A DNA stretch of 64,000 bases from a virus: positions 1-64,000 of the IMG/VR virus record IMGVR_UViG_3300005825_000057; one strand, written 5' to 3'. The first letter of the stretch is position 1. Each line of letters opens with the position of its first letter. Below are positions 18,797 to 29,483 of this stretch, piece after piece. A model generated the notes under the pieces. That model was not told the origin of the DNA. It did not search any database and was given only the letters and a program-made list of their open reading frames with translations. The position numbers and the translations under genes were made by a program.

Positions 18797-20818
18797 TTGA
18801 TTGGCCTCTTTCAACATTTCTTTGACAATATCTTCTTTCAAATTAAGCAACTTGCGAAGTTTCTCTTCTGACACGTCTGCAAATTCATTCACATTTTTAA
18901 TGCCATAGTCATAAAGTTTCTTAGCTCGCACCTTGCCAATATTAGGAAGCTGACAAAGATTAACCAAATGGGCTGGCACGCCGTTGCGAATGCGATCTTC
19001 TAAAGTTCTAAGGAATCCTGACTGTTCCCATTTACCTGCCATAGAGTCGAGGGCCAACAACACTTGTGACACTCTAGGATAATCAAATTGGTAATTCCTT
19101 TGAACTGCCGCAAAATTCGCACTATTGTTTCCACTCAATAAATTGAAATAACAATAACCCGCTTTGATAACGGAATCTGGATAAGTATATTCGGCACCTG
19201 TAAGAGTTCTTACCCTGTTGCTGAATAAGCTCATCTCTTCTTTTTCGGCCCTAGAAACAATGTTGCTTCTATTTGTATCTGTATTTGCCAAAGCCATTGC
19301 CAAATGATAATCATGATCTTGATTACCTTTGGTGAACAGACGCCAAAAATTATTTCTCAAATCAGCCACATCAAATGGCGAGAAATAAAACATGCTGGCA
19401 ATCATGCCTACTGATGTAACTTTCCAAATATCATCTTCAAATTTCAAAGCACCCTTGTCTTTCAATAAATCAAGAGTCTTTTCAACAACATATTCATGAA
19501 GATTTTTATCTTGGAAATATGCCAATGATCGTTCATACCATTTCTGAACATCGTCATTGGTTTGAATATATCCATGATGAATTTCGCTGACTAAATGGAA
19601 AGCCAAAATCTTATTGTGTTCTCCATCTTTCTCAAGAAGTTGAGATTCAATAAGTTGTGGCTTTTGCAATTTCTTCCGCCACGCTTCTTCTTGAGATTCT
19701 GGAATTAAAACGTAGGCATCCCCAGCAGGGTCAATACCAAGCCGTCCTGATCGGCCTACCATTTGAGTAACATTGTAGGTTTCGACTTCCTGAATGCCTC
19801 TGTGGACTCCTAGAACGATTACACGACGGGCCGGAAGATTAAGACCCCACGCCAAAGTTGGTGTGGCAATAATTACTCTGAATTTAGGGTCAGTACGAAA
19901 ATTGCGTTCCAGAGTAACCCGCTGATCTTTATCAAGATCGGCATTATGAAATTCTGCTTTAATGCCATTCGCTCGCAACGTACTTTTCATCAACTCGCCG
20001 GTACGTTTAGTGTGAGCAAACACTAAAAACTTATCATCTGGATACCAATCTTCAATAATCTCATGGGCCTTTTCAACCTTACTCGCTTCAACTTGGTCAT
20101 ATCGACGTGGCGAATCATCATAAATTTCATAATGAATATTCAAAGGAACGGGTCGATATTGAGAATTCAAAACATAAGTTTGCTTCTTGGTCAAAGAATA
20201 TGAAACCCATTCAGCAATTTGATCGACATTAGGCATCGTAGCAGAAAGCAAAACTATTCTGGACTTTGGATTGATCTCAGTAAACTTCATCAATCCAACT
20301 TCTAGGTGATCCCCACGACCCGGCACGGTTAAAAGATGGGACTCATCAATTACGAGAGTACCTACATCAAGCAACCAATTGTTTTGTTCTGATTTGAAGT
20401 TGCGAGAACGATGATTTAACATTTCAGAAGTCATGATAATCATATCAGCTTCTGCAAGTTCGGCGGCTCGATCTTTAGTTAGACGATAATCGCCTGTGCA
20501 TATAGAAATCTTCAAGTCTTTGAAGTGATATTTAAGATCGGTCCATTGGTCAATCTTTTCTTGGGCCAATGCTCGAAGTGGAGCAAGGAACATACCTTTG
20601 CCGCCACGTTTACGAATTTCTTGAGCCAAAAACATTTCGGCCACAACAGTTTTTCCAGCACTGGTACGGGCGGCAATGAGTGTATTTACATCTTCATTGT
20701 AATAGTCAAATACCCGACTCTGTACTGGATTGAAATTCTCGAAGGGCCATGAGGCGAAAGGATATTTCTTTGATGGAACTAATTCATTCTGATCTGAAAC
20801 TTTGGCAATAGGAGGCAT
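18776..20818 (-). CDS. Ski2/Hel308-like SF2 DNA helicase
   Basis: TSAGKT, APLRALAQEK, DESH, LSAT, FHNADL, ATPTLAWGLNLPA, QMVGRSGRLG, C-terminal HhH LPNIGKVRAKKL. Confidence 0.92.
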   Translation of the reverse strand: MPPIAKVSDQNELVPSKKYPFASWPFENFNPVQSRVFDYYNEDVNTLIAARTSAGKTVVAEMFLAQEIRKRGGKGMFLAPLRALAQEKIDQWTDLKYHFKDLKISICTGDYRLTKDRAAELAEADMIIMTSEMLNHRSRNFKSEQNNWLLDVGTLVIDESHLLTVPGRGDHLEVGLMKFTEINPKSRIVLLSATMPNVDQIAEWVSYSLTKKQTYVLNSQYRPVPLNIHYEIYDDSPRRYDQVEASKVEKAHEIIEDWYPDDKFLVFAHTKRTGELMKSTLRANGIKAEFHNADLDKDQRVTLERNFRTDPKFRVIIATPTLAWGLNLPARRVIVLGVHRGIQEVETYNVTQMVGRSGRLGIDPAGDAYVLIPESQEEAWRKKLQKPQLIESQLLEKDGEHNKILAFHLVSEIHHGYIQTNDDVQKWYERSLAYFQDKNLHEYVVEKTLDLLKDKGALKFEDDIWKVTSVGMIASMFYFSPFDVADLRNNFWRLFTKGNQDHDYHLAMALANTDTNRSNIVSRAEKEEMSLFSNRVRTLTGAEYTYPDSVIKAGYCYFNLLSGNNSANFAAVQRNYQFDYPRVSQVLLALDSMAGKWEQSGFLRTLEDRIRNGVPAHLVNLCQLPNIGKVRAKKLYDYGIKNVNEFADVSEEKLRKLLNLKEDIVKEMLKEANQLSLTTA

Positions 20819-20834
20819 CTTCTTCCCTTTAGGT

Positions 20835-21215
20835 TTATTTTTTGTCTTCTGCGTCATCTGCCTCCAACATAACAATTTCCTCTGGAAATACAATAGAGAT
20901 TCGGTTTTGCTCAAAGTTATTTAGAAGTGCTGTTGCCAAATCTAAAGCAAAAGAAGCAAGCTCGCAATGTGCTTTTGGCTGACGTGGATAGTTTATAACA
21001 GCAATTTCCCAACCCGGCTCATCATAATCGGCCCACACATAAGCAGTGGGCGTAATCCGAACAGGATTCGCTTTTGACAAACCCTGTTCGGATTGATGCG
21101 CTCCAATAAAAGCTCGCAATTCAGCATACGAAAAGGCCGGGCCGTTATATTTACGGCGTGAACCTAAGTAAATGCGAGCCTCGTAGAAGTCCAATTTTTT
21201 AATGGACGCACTCAA
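20835..21215 (-). CDS. hypothetical protein
   Basis: EPG...INYPR...FEQNRISI conserved-looking phage motif. Confidence 0.6.
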   Translation of the reverse strand: MSASIKKLDFYEARIYLGSRRKYNGPAFSYAELRAFIGAHQSEQGLSKANPVRITPTAYVWADYDEPGWEIAVINYPRQPKAHCELASFALDLATALLNNFEQNRISIVFPEEIVMLEADDAEDKK

Positions 21216-21469
21216 GCGGCTGCTCCTTCGTACCGTCTTTTGTGTTCTTTAATGATGTGATCGGCAACTAGGTCAATCATGTCATAAAGTTCATTGGCGG
21301 ACGAAGCGGAAGAAAACCATTTGTCCATTTCTTTAACCATACCCATAAAAGTAAGGGCTTCGGCTAAATCACCGGACATTCTTTGGTTTAAGCACGCATG
21401 TAGTTTTTTGAGGTTATCTTCAGAAAGCCGAGTGCAATACTCTTTTAGATAAACTTCTGGCTTTTTCAT
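21212..21469 (-). CDS. hypothetical protein
   Basis: start set at MKKPE with an AAGGA SD. Confidence 0.6.
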   Translation of the reverse strand: MKKPEVYLKEYCTRLSEDNLKKLHACLNQRMSGDLAEALTFMGMVKEMDKWFSSASSANELYDMIDLVADHIIKEHKRRYEGAAA

Positions 21470-21496
21470 TGCACTGTCCTTTTTAGGAACAAAGTT

Positions 21497-21850
21497 ATGG
21501 ATCAATTACAAGGACTTATAAACACAGATAAATTAGAGGAACTTTTAGTTTCAAAATGGTCACAATTCATTAACGTCTCCAAACTTTTTGAATTTATAGA
21601 AAGCAATATAAAAGTACGCAGGAATGCCTTTGGTATCTTACATGATACCTCTGTAAAAATGAAAGGCAAGCAAATCATGCTTTCTCGGTTTCAGTTAACG
21701 GCCCAAGGCTTTCTTGTATGGGTCGAATTTATGGTGCCGATAGATATAGGAATGGCTATCGGCACCACGGAATTACTCATTAGCACCAAGGGTATTGTAT
21801 CCCATGTTCAAACGCTGGGCAATATTTATTTAGATAATAATTTCAAATAA
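21497..21850 (+). CDS. hypothetical protein
   Basis: AGGA SD; 117 aa. Confidence 0.55.
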   Translation: MDQLQGLINTDKLEELLVSKWSQFINVSKLFEFIESNIKVRRNAFGILHDTSVKMKGKQIMLSRFQLTAQGFLVWVEFMVPIDIGMAIGTTELLISTKGIVSHVQTLGNIYLDNNFK

Positions 21851-22142
21851 CGTCGAGTCTCCGAACGGATTCCCCATTTATGTCTGTAAATCTATCTTCG
21901 AGGACAATAATATTTTCCTCATCGCTAAATCTCAAGCCCAAATTATAAGAATCAATACTTGTTCCACGACCTTCTCTGGATGTAATTACCCAGCAATAAT
22001 CGTCTTTTTTTACAATTTCGCCATTTTTTCCTTCTTGGGTAATTCCGATTTCAAGAGTTACGCCGTCTGGTAAAAGTAGCTCTATTTGTCCATGTTTGAG
22101 CAGATGTGTGACTAGCAAAGATTGGATTTTATTCTTATTCAT
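21843..22142 (-). CDS. hypothetical protein
   Basis: GAGG SD; 99 aa. Confidence 0.6.
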   Translation of the reverse strand: MNKNKIQSLLVTHLLKHGQIELLLPDGVTLEIGITQEGKNGEIVKKDDYCWVITSREGRGTSIDSYNLGLRFSDEENIIVLEDRFTDINGESVRRLDVI

Positions 22143-22230
22143 TTGGACCTCTTCTTTGTTAAAGAAATGCGATTAAAATCGCTACACCGTATATAGTGAT
22201 AAGGATTTTTGATTTGAAAGAAGAAACAAA

Positions 22231-23490
22231 ATGAAAGAGATTTCCTTCAAAATATTTATTGAAAACAGTTACGAAAGTATCCAAGCAGATATTCCACTGC
22301 CAAAGGCCGTATACACATTAAGTGATTTATTCACGCAAAATGGAGCTACGCTTTTCGCCGTAGGGGGCGCAATCCGTGATTATCTGTACCAACAACATCA
22401 TGATTCCCAAGGAAAATATTCTCCAAAGGACGTTGACTTGGCCACAGAAGCACCCCCAGATAAAGTCGTAGAAATTCTGAATTCTGATGCCGCAAAAAGA
22501 CATGGAATAAAAGTTTTTCCAAAAGGAGAAGCATTCGGTGTTATTTCTGCGATTCTCGATGGTGAAGAGTTTGAAATAGCCACATTCCGAGAAGAATGGT
22601 ATGACCCAGAGTCTGGGGATGGTCGTCGTCCAGATAAAGTGTCATATTCGACTCCTGCCAAGGATGCTCAAAGAAGAGACTTAACAATGAATGCGTTGTT
22701 CTATGACATTCACAGCAAAGAAATTCGTGATTACAACGTAAATCATCAAGGAAAAGGACAAGGACTAGAAGACATTAAAAATCTAGTAGCTCGTCCTGTG
22801 GGCAATGCTGCGGATAGATTCCGAGAAGATAAGTTGAGAATACCCAGACTTGTTCGATTTTTTAGTCGATTTAATCCGGGTGAAATTCGTCAACATTTAG
22901 ACCCTCAAACATTACAGGCTATTGAAGAATTTAAAGATTTAGTTGGCGTATCACCAGAAAGAATTGCCAATGAATTTAAATCTGGATTAGAAAAATCAAA
23001 AAATCCAGTTAATTACATTTTGAATTATCAAGCTGTAGGATTGATGCCAGCAGTATTTCCGAATTTACAGGTAGACTTGGAAGATGTTCCGCAAATTGGA
23101 CAAATCAAAAACATCAAGCCTGTTTTGGCGTGGCTCTTAAAAAGCAATCAATCTCCGCAACAAGTTAGAAGTAAATTGAATACTTTAAAATATCCAAATG
23201 ATGTATCTGACACAGTTGCATATCTCATTCAACTTTTGAAATTTGATCCCAAAAATATCATGAATTATTTGAGATATAGAGATGCACGGCCACATTTAGG
23301 AATTGAAAAAGATATTGCAGACCTTGCTAAAATAGCAAATCTTGAGGGAGAATTAGGACACTTTGCAAATTATAAGCAGCGAACAAATTCACAAGATTTC
23401 ATGCATTTAAAAGGCCCAGAAATTGGCAAAGCAATGTCATCGGCTGAAGCAGATGCTTACCAGAAATCTAAAATATATAAACCTGACTAG
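22231..23490 (+). CDS. cca: class II tRNA nucleotidyltransferase (CCA-adding/poly(A) polymerase family)
   Basis: VGGAIRD, DVDLAT, EIATFR, DGRRP, RRDLTMNA, RFREDKLRIPR, SPERI. Confidence 0.93.
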   Translation: MKEISFKIFIENSYESIQADIPLPKAVYTLSDLFTQNGATLFAVGGAIRDYLYQQHHDSQGKYSPKDVDLATEAPPDKVVEILNSDAAKRHGIKVFPKGEAFGVISAILDGEEFEIATFREEWYDPESGDGRRPDKVSYSTPAKDAQRRDLTMNALFYDIHSKEIRDYNVNHQGKGQGLEDIKNLVARPVGNAADRFREDKLRIPRLVRFFSRFNPGEIRQHLDPQTLQAIEEFKDLVGVSPERIANEFKSGLEKSKNPVNYILNYQAVGLMPAVFPNLQVDLEDVPQIGQIKNIKPVLAWLLKSNQSPQQVRSKLNTLKYPNDVSDTVAYLIQLLKFDPKNIMNYLRYRDARPHLGIEKDIADLAKIANLEGELGHFANYKQRTNSQDFMHLKGPEIGKAMSSAEADAYQKSKIYKPD

Positions 23491-23947
23491 GCTGCATGTA
23501 GTAGTAATTCATGCCTTCAAATACACAATTTTCGATTGGAATATCAAAAGGAAATTCCAATGGACGGCCCCTTCTATCAACATAAACTGTCCAGCAATAT
23601 ATCTTGCGGCCTTCTCTAAAAATTTCCACCAGTGAAAGATGATGGGCACCTAGAAATTTCCTAGCTAATTTTGCAACTAAATTGAACGGCATAAATGGAG
23701 CATAATGAGCATACACTTGTAATGTCTCAGTGTAGTATTCATCGAAATCACATTTCTGATAATGCAAATCTAAATTCCAACCATCAACAATTACACTTTT
23801 CTTTTTGAAAAGCAACAACTCATCTTCTTTGCCCGGCAAAGGTGGTTTGGATTTAGGATAATTATGCGGAATCAATGTCTCGCCAACGCTACGCATTGAT
23901 TCTACAATTTCGTCAATTGGTTTGTCTTCAAACATAAGCCTCTCCAT
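23468..23947 (-). CDS. hypothetical protein
   Basis: 159-aa ORF. Confidence 0.6.
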   Translation of the reverse strand: MERLMFEDKPIDEIVESMRSVGETLIPHNYPKSKPPLPGKEDELLLFKKKSVIVDGWNLDLHYQKCDFDEYYTETLQVYAHYAPFMPFNLVAKLARKFLGAHHLSLVEIFREGRKIYCWTVYVDRRGRPLEFPFDIPIENCVFEGMNYYYMQPSQVYIF

Positions 23948-23962
23948 GTCATAATATATAGA

Positions 23963-24994
23963 TTAAATTCTGAAGTTATCTGAATATATCTGTTCTTCTG
24001 AAAGCTCTAATTCATGCTTAATTTGATTAGAAAGCATCACAGTTTCCTTCCAAGCATTAGATCGCCCCACATCGCTCATGACTCCTGTAAGTTGTGTATT
24101 TAAAGTATTCTGTAAGAGCTTCTGTAAAAACCACGATCTAGTTTGTTGAAGTCCTTCTGACAATTCATATTGATTTGGCATAAATCCTAAAAAGTCAAAT
24201 ACCTGTACGGGATCAAGCCATAAATATCCAGACCAAGGATTATTTTCTTCATAACTAATAGGCATTCCTTTTGTCACACATCTTTCAACAAAATGAAGCA
24301 TAAGTCTAACCCAATTTTTGACAACAAATGAATTTACACAGGCCGTGTGATCCATTATTCTGAACTCAAGAGAATGTCTTTTTTTTCTGTGAATGTGATA
24401 AGAGTTGGCAGAATAATATTTGGATTCTCCAAGATTCCTAATCAATGAGGCTGTTGATAAAAAGCCGTCTTCTACCGAGTCCAAGAAGTCGGCTTGACCT
24501 ATAAATTGACAATAACGGTTTCTTTTTCTTGAGGCGGGAACGCTATCCATGAAGACGGGTTCACATTTAATCCACCAAGTTAATATAGAAGCAATTTGAT
24601 CTAGGTTTAAATCTGCCACTTCTACATGCACATGAAGCGAACATCGTTCATCGGCCTGTATCTTGGGGTCTAAAGCGAAGCTGTCAATGACTTTACAAAT
24701 ATTTTTGAGATCATACCAACCTTTAGAAACTGGCGTACACACTTCAATTCCGCAGCTTGCATCAGGTTTTAATATCCATTGATTATTATTGTGGTCATTG
24801 CCCCATTTGTGTATTAAAACGCTTTCTTGACTGGTTTTTTGAACCACATTACCTATATAATGTATCCCATCGGGTAACTTTCCATTCTCATACCCAACTG
24901 GTCGATTTCGCAAATCAAAAGCATTAAGTTCGATTTCGATCCCATACCTACGAAAACAGTCCAAGTTTAATTTTTCTCTAAGAGGATTGTCCAT
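23963..24994 (-). CDS. putative amidoligase (COOH-NH2 ligase family)
   Basis: YGIEIE, W..KPDAS.GIEVCTP, CSLHVHV, LEFR. Confidence 0.85.
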   Translation of the reverse strand: MDNPLREKLNLDCFRRYGIEIELNAFDLRNRPVGYENGKLPDGIHYIGNVVQKTSQESVLIHKWGNDHNNNQWILKPDASCGIEVCTPVSKGWYDLKNICKVIDSFALDPKIQADERCSLHVHVEVADLNLDQIASILTWWIKCEPVFMDSVPASRKRNRYCQFIGQADFLDSVEDGFLSTASLIRNLGESKYYSANSYHIHRKKRHSLEFRIMDHTACVNSFVVKNWVRLMLHFVERCVTKGMPISYEENNPWSGYLWLDPVQVFDFLGFMPNQYELSEGLQQTRSWFLQKLLQNTLNTQLTGVMSDVGRSNAWKETVMLSNQIKHELELSEEQIYSDNFRI

Positions 24995-25072
24995 ATTGAT
25001 TTTTCTCCTTAGAATATTATAGGAATTTTTCTACACAATCCAATTGTCCTTGGCCCACGGAGCAAGAAAAAA

Positions 25073-25540
25073 ATGAAATGTTTATTGATAGAAACTAAAG
25101 ACAAACGAAAATTTATTACACAAGAAAAATATTTGCACCAATTAGTTGAATTTTCAAAAACTTTTGGAGCAACTATCTCAATTATAGAAGCCGAGGATGT
25201 AAAGCCTTTAAAAATCGAAGAATTAGCACCGGCTATATGTAATCAAAACTACAAAAACGAACGACTTAAATACGAAGTATTAGAAACCAAAATCAAAAAA
25301 GAGGTAAAAAATAGGCACAAAATGCTAAAGACAGCCTCTAAAATCCAAGAATATATTTACGGAAAATTCTTACAAAAAGAAACGGTTTCATTGAAAGAAC
25401 TGAAAAAGAGATTCAAGAGATATGAGCTAACTGATGCGGCATTGTGCAACCATGTCAGAAAGACGAAAGAAAGCCTCGAAAAACAAGGACATACCATCCA
25501 AAAAGTCGGCGGCGGAATGTACAGAATTCAATCGAATTAG
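25073..25540 (+). CDS. hypothetical protein with possible C-terminal winged helix
   Basis: helix-helix-beta-hairpin pattern ending KVGGGMYRI. Confidence 0.55.
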   Translation: MKCLLIETKDKRKFITQEKYLHQLVEFSKTFGATISIIEAEDVKPLKIEELAPAICNQNYKNERLKYEVLETKIKKEVKNRHKMLKTASKIQEYIYGKFLQKETVSLKELKKRFKRYELTDAALCNHVRKTKESLEKQGHTIQKVGGGMYRIQSN

Positions 25541-25556
25541 AAATATCAGCAAATAA

Positions 25557-25589
25557 AAAAACCCTGCCATGTGTTGTGGCAGGGTTTTT
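25557..25589. terminator. bidirectional intrinsic terminator
   Basis: AAAAACCCTGCCA...TGGCAGGGTTTTT between convergent genes. Confidence 0.85.
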
Positions 25590-25611
25590 CTTTTAACTAT
25601 TCAATTCAATT

Positions 25612-26865
25612 TCATTCATCATCTTCTTCATTGGCATCGTCACTTGTACGATCCAATTCATCATCAATCATTTCGTCATCTTCATATCCAGTAACATCGG
25701 TTTCAACAACGTCTCCACCGACTTGGAAATCAATAGCGGCCATATAAGGAGCAAGGTATTCTTTAACCTCTTCTTCGCTGGCAGCATCAATTAACGAAGG
25801 ACACTTATACAAGACTTCAATCGGAATGTCATTCCGCTCCAAGGAAGCCTTAAACTTAACTTCCGACCCACCAGCCCAAGGTTCCTTGACCGCAAAGTTC
25901 CCTGCACCTTTGATCTCAATACGCCCTGCGTCCAGCAAACAAGAAAGCAAGCCGCTGATTGGATCAATTCCATAGTCGAATAAAAGTCTAATATTCTCTG
26001 ATTCAACAAATGGATGATGGGTCTTGTTTTTAACATTCTTTACACGAATGTTAATTCCAAGAATTTTCTTTTTCTTGGCAGTAATCTTTCGTTCAATCTT
26101 TTTCATCGTCGAAGTTTCGAGACGACAAGAAGCATAGAACGGTAAAGCGTTACCACCACCAGCAGTCGTTTTAGGATTGCCGTACATTACGCCAATCTTA
26201 TCTCTGGTCTGGTTAAGAATGATAACTGTAGCACCATTCTTTTCCATCACAGTATTTAACTTACGAAACTCCTTAGAACAAATCTTGGCTCTTTCGCCCG
26301 GTTGTTCTTTACCACCCACAATTTTTTTGAATTGTTCTTGAGTGTATTTTTCTGGGAGTTTAATTTCATTCAATTCACGCTCACAAGGACTGACGCCAAT
26401 TGAATCATATACGATTGCAATCTGAACGTCTGGACCTTTCTTGGCACGAATGAATTCAATCGACTTATACATCTTCTTGAAAACCTGCTCTAACGATTGA
26501 GGCGTGTGTCTGACGACTCGCTTCAAATCGCAGTGAGAGGCTGTTTTGATAAACTCTTTGTTAGCAGCGTTTTCGCAATCCTCTAAAACAGGAACGCCAT
26601 TTTTACGCTGACAACCAAAAAGAATATTGGTGCCAATCAAAGATTTACATGAAGAGTTAGGTCCATATACCTCAGTTAGTTTGCCACCCGGCACACCACC
26701 TGTTATGAATTTTCCACTGCAAATATAATTGATGGCCAGACTTCCAGTATCTACAAAATACTTAACAGAATCTATTGCATCAAGAATATCGCCTTGTGTC
26801 TGCTCGGCAAATTCTTGGAAGAAATCCAAGTCATCATCGCCGCTACTTGCTTTTTTTCTGGCCAT
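25612..26865 (-). CDS. recA: RecA/UvsX recombinase
   Basis: DTGSLAIN, GGVPGGKLTEVYGPNSSCKS, IVYDSI, ILNQTRDKIGVMYGNP.T..GGNALPFYAS. Confidence 0.95.
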   Translation of the reverse strand: MARKKASSGDDDLDFFQEFAEQTQGDILDAIDSVKYFVDTGSLAINYICSGKFITGGVPGGKLTEVYGPNSSCKSLIGTNILFGCQRKNGVPVLEDCENAANKEFIKTASHCDLKRVVRHTPQSLEQVFKKMYKSIEFIRAKKGPDVQIAIVYDSIGVSPCERELNEIKLPEKYTQEQFKKIVGGKEQPGERAKICSKEFRKLNTVMEKNGATVIILNQTRDKIGVMYGNPKTTAGGGNALPFYASCRLETSTMKKIERKITAKKKKILGINIRVKNVKNKTHHPFVESENIRLLFDYGIDPISGLLSCLLDAGRIEIKGAGNFAVKEPWAGGSEVKFKASLERNDIPIEVLYKCPSLIDAASEEEVKEYLAPYMAAIDFQVGGDVVETDVTGYEDDEMIDDELDRTSDDANEEDDE

Positions 26866-26890
26866 TGTTTACTCCGTGATTTATAAAAAA

Positions 26891-26925
26891 AGGGATGACT
26901 GTAACCTTATATTACAGTCATCCCT
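26891..26925 (-). terminator. intrinsic terminator after the SSB gene
   Basis: AGGGATGACTGTAA...TTACAGTCATCCCT stem with a T-run on the minus strand. Confidence 0.8.
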
Positions 26926-26937
26926 TTACGAGACAAC

Positions 26938-27951
26938 TTAAACTGCGTCCAATTCCTTCATAAAGTCATCGTCAGCAAGCAATTCTTGCTCTTCAGATGG
27001 CTTAGAAGTTTCAGCCGTTTGAGTTACCAACTCAGAGCGTACTGAATCATCGCCCGCTGTAGCTGCTGGTGTTGAAGTTTCTTCACCAACGCCTGTTGCA
27101 TTGCGGAATTCGTCAAGATCATCATCTTTTTCGGATTCGCCTTCTTGAACCATTCCAAGGTGAACACGCAAAGCGTGTCTCAATTCTTCTTCGGTCTTGA
27201 CCTTACGAAGAGCTTGAAGATCGTGGATGTTTTCGAGCCATGTATCCAACTCATCGGATTCACCGGCAGGAGATTCACCCTCGAACTTGGAAAAGTCGTA
27301 GTTGGGGAATTCACGAGGACCACTCTTGGTGATCTTCTTGACAACCTTGAAATCACGGCCCGAAACAGGATTCGTGATGTCGCCCAAAGGAGTTTCGCCA
27401 GCGTCTTTATCGCCAACAATGGCTCGCATGATTTTGGCATGAACTTGTTTGCCACAAGAATAAATCTTGGGACCAACATTTTTTTGGACTTCACCAGTCT
27501 TCGGGTCTTTTTCTTGGCGAACGATTACGTTGTAGTAATATCGTTCTACAGGCTTAATATCTCTGGCTCTGTTCTGCTGAGCTTCTTGCTCTTTACCACT
27601 CATGGATTCAGACTTTTGCCATAGATCGCTGTAATACTTGCAGATAATGCAGTCGCCCTTCCACGATGGCACGAGCTTGCCATTTCTTTCAATCTGCACC
27701 AATTCTTTTGGACAGTGATATGCCCGTTTTTGTTTGGTGGTAGGATTTGTAAGAGTGTGAGTGCGAGTAGCACAAAACAACTTGGTGCCCTTTTTACGGG
27801 GCAAGAATCTCATCAACACGAAGCCTTCACGCTCAGGCATTCGCACAAATTTGGCAAGATATTCTTCGTTGTTATTTCCGGGTTCGGCGTTCACACGCTC
27901 GGACTCCATCATAACTTCGTTCATATCCAGCGCTTCATAGGCCGTACTCAT
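26938..27951 (-). CDS. T4 gp32-like single-stranded DNA-binding protein
   Basis: RFLP, CP...CIIC, RYYYNVIV, GRDF, NYDFSKF, acidic tail; adjacent to the recombinase. Confidence 0.88.
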   Translation of the reverse strand: MSTAYEALDMNEVMMESERVNAEPGNNNEEYLAKFVRMPEREGFVLMRFLPRKKGTKLFCATRTHTLTNPTTKQKRAYHCPKELVQIERNGKLVPSWKGDCIICKYYSDLWQKSESMSGKEQEAQQNRARDIKPVERYYYNVIVRQEKDPKTGEVQKNVGPKIYSCGKQVHAKIMRAIVGDKDAGETPLGDITNPVSGRDFKVVKKITKSGPREFPNYDFSKFEGESPAGESDELDTWLENIHDLQALRKVKTEEELRHALRVHLGMVQEGESEKDDDLDEFRNATGVGEETSTPAATAGDDSVRSELVTQTAETSKPSEEQELLADDDFMKELDAV

Positions 27952-28118
27952 TTCAGTCTTCTCCTTAGTCGTAAATAAAGTCAGAACAAGTCTTCGTTAA
28001 CGTCACATTTTTCGTCAGCGTCTTGTTCACATTTGCAGTTATAAAGTATATCGGCAGGTTGGTCAATTGACTTTAGTTTATTTTTGGAAAATACAGAAAG
28101 TTGTATGTACAACCTACT

Positions 28119-28322
28119 TTATCGACGGCTCTTATTTTCGACTGCCGCCTCGACCAATAAAGAAACAAGGTCGATAAGGAACTCTTCCCTATCGCCCTTG
28201 TGAAATTTGAGATAAGTTTTAACTCGCTCTTTTGCTTGGACAAAATCCGAATCGTCTGCAAAAAGAATATGAAGAAATTTTTTGTGTTCATCGAACTTTT
28301 TGTTCGTATTTATAAAACGCAT
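28119..28322 (-). CDS. hypothetical protein
   Basis: AGGAGG SD. Confidence 0.55.
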   Translation of the reverse strand: MRFINTNKKFDEHKKFLHILFADDSDFVQAKERVKTYLKFHKGDREEFLIDLVSLLVEAAVENKSRR

Positions 28323-28345
28323 ACACCCTCCTGATGCTAAATTAT

Positions 28346-28774
28346 TTAGGCATCAACAGGTGTTTCTTCCTCACTTTTTACTTCTTCAGGCTGTTCAGCC
28401 TGCATAGCAATTGCCTTCTTGTGTAGAGCATCAAGTTTATCTTTCATGGACATATGACCTTCGGATTCCAAGTCATCATTAACTTGCTTCCGCAATTCTT
28501 GCTCTTTATCATATTCTTCTTCCAAAGCCTGTAACAATTCCAAATTCTTGGCAATTTGCTCTTGGGCACGAGACGCACGAGATTTCTCTCGTTCCTCTTG
28601 AAGAAGAGGATCATTCAAAATAGGCATTGTCTTTGGAGACAATTCTTTCTCCAACTTGTTTTTCGCCTCTTCCTCTTTACGCATAGTTCGTATCATATTT
28701 CTACGATACAAAACACGCTTTTTGGCGATTTTTTCTCTTTCCTTCTTTTTCTTTTCTTTTCTTCTGTTGTTCAT
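28346..28774 (-). CDS. hypothetical coiled-coil protein
   Basis: highly charged 142-aa ORF. Confidence 0.65.
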   Translation of the reverse strand: MNNRRKEKKKKEREKIAKKRVLYRRNMIRTMRKEEEAKNKLEKELSPKTMPILNDPLLQEEREKSRASRAQEQIAKNLELLQALEEEYDKEQELRKQVNDDLESEGHMSMKDKLDALHKKAIAMQAEQPEEVKSEEETPVDA

Positions 28775-28776
28775 TT

Positions 28777-29481
28777 TTACCCTCTAATAATAGGCATATC
28801 GTTTGTTTCGACAGCACCAGCCCAATTAAGTTTGCCGCCGTCTCGTGCTTTCTGAGTTTCAGAAAATCCTAATTCACGATCAGCCAGTAATTTTATATTA
28901 CCGGGGACAAAATAAATGTCCGAAACATTTTGCTCCCTGCCTACATCATCGACAATTTTCAGAATTGTAGACATCCCCATTTGCTCACGGCCAAATACAG
29001 GATATTTTTTATCCGGGGTCAATCTCAAATTCTTCTTTTTGACTTCTGGCATTTGCGGTAATTCTGGCGAGAATATAACAAAATCAATGGGACGACCCAA
29101 AGAAGCACTTCCATTTGGATGGGGTGGTGCCAAATTCTGAGACGCTGTTTGAGCTACCTGCATTTGATTATTTTCAGGTGGCGATTCCACTTCTTGTATA
29201 ATAAGACTTGATGCTTGGTCAAACAAGAATTTTCTATTCTTAATTACAACGCCGCCATTAGCTTCTTTGAAGCTAATCGGCTTTTTAGAAAGCTCTACAA
29301 TTTCCACATCAACAACAAATATGTCTCTTCGAGCAAGCTGCGCCATTACAGCACCAGCTAACTTTTCAAGAGGCACATCTTCAAATGGATCGCCCACTTT
29401 CTTTTTAAGCGATTTCGTTTCTTCTTTATCGTAATCGCCATCTTTTTTCGTGTAATATTTGTAAGTTACTTCAAAACCCAT
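28777..29481 (-). CDS. hypothetical protein
   Basis: GGAGG SD; 234 aa. Confidence 0.7.
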   Translation of the reverse strand: MGFEVTYKYYTKKDGDYDKEETKSLKKKVGDPFEDVPLEKLAGAVMAQLARRDIFVVDVEIVELSKKPISFKEANGGVVIKNRKFLFDQASSLIIQEVESPPENNQMQVAQTASQNLAPPHPNGSASLGRPIDFVIFSPELPQMPEVKKKNLRLTPDKKYPVFGREQMGMSTILKIVDDVGREQNVSDIYFVPGNIKLLADRELGFSETQKARDGGKLNWAGAVETNDMPIIRG

Positions 29482-29483
29482 GA

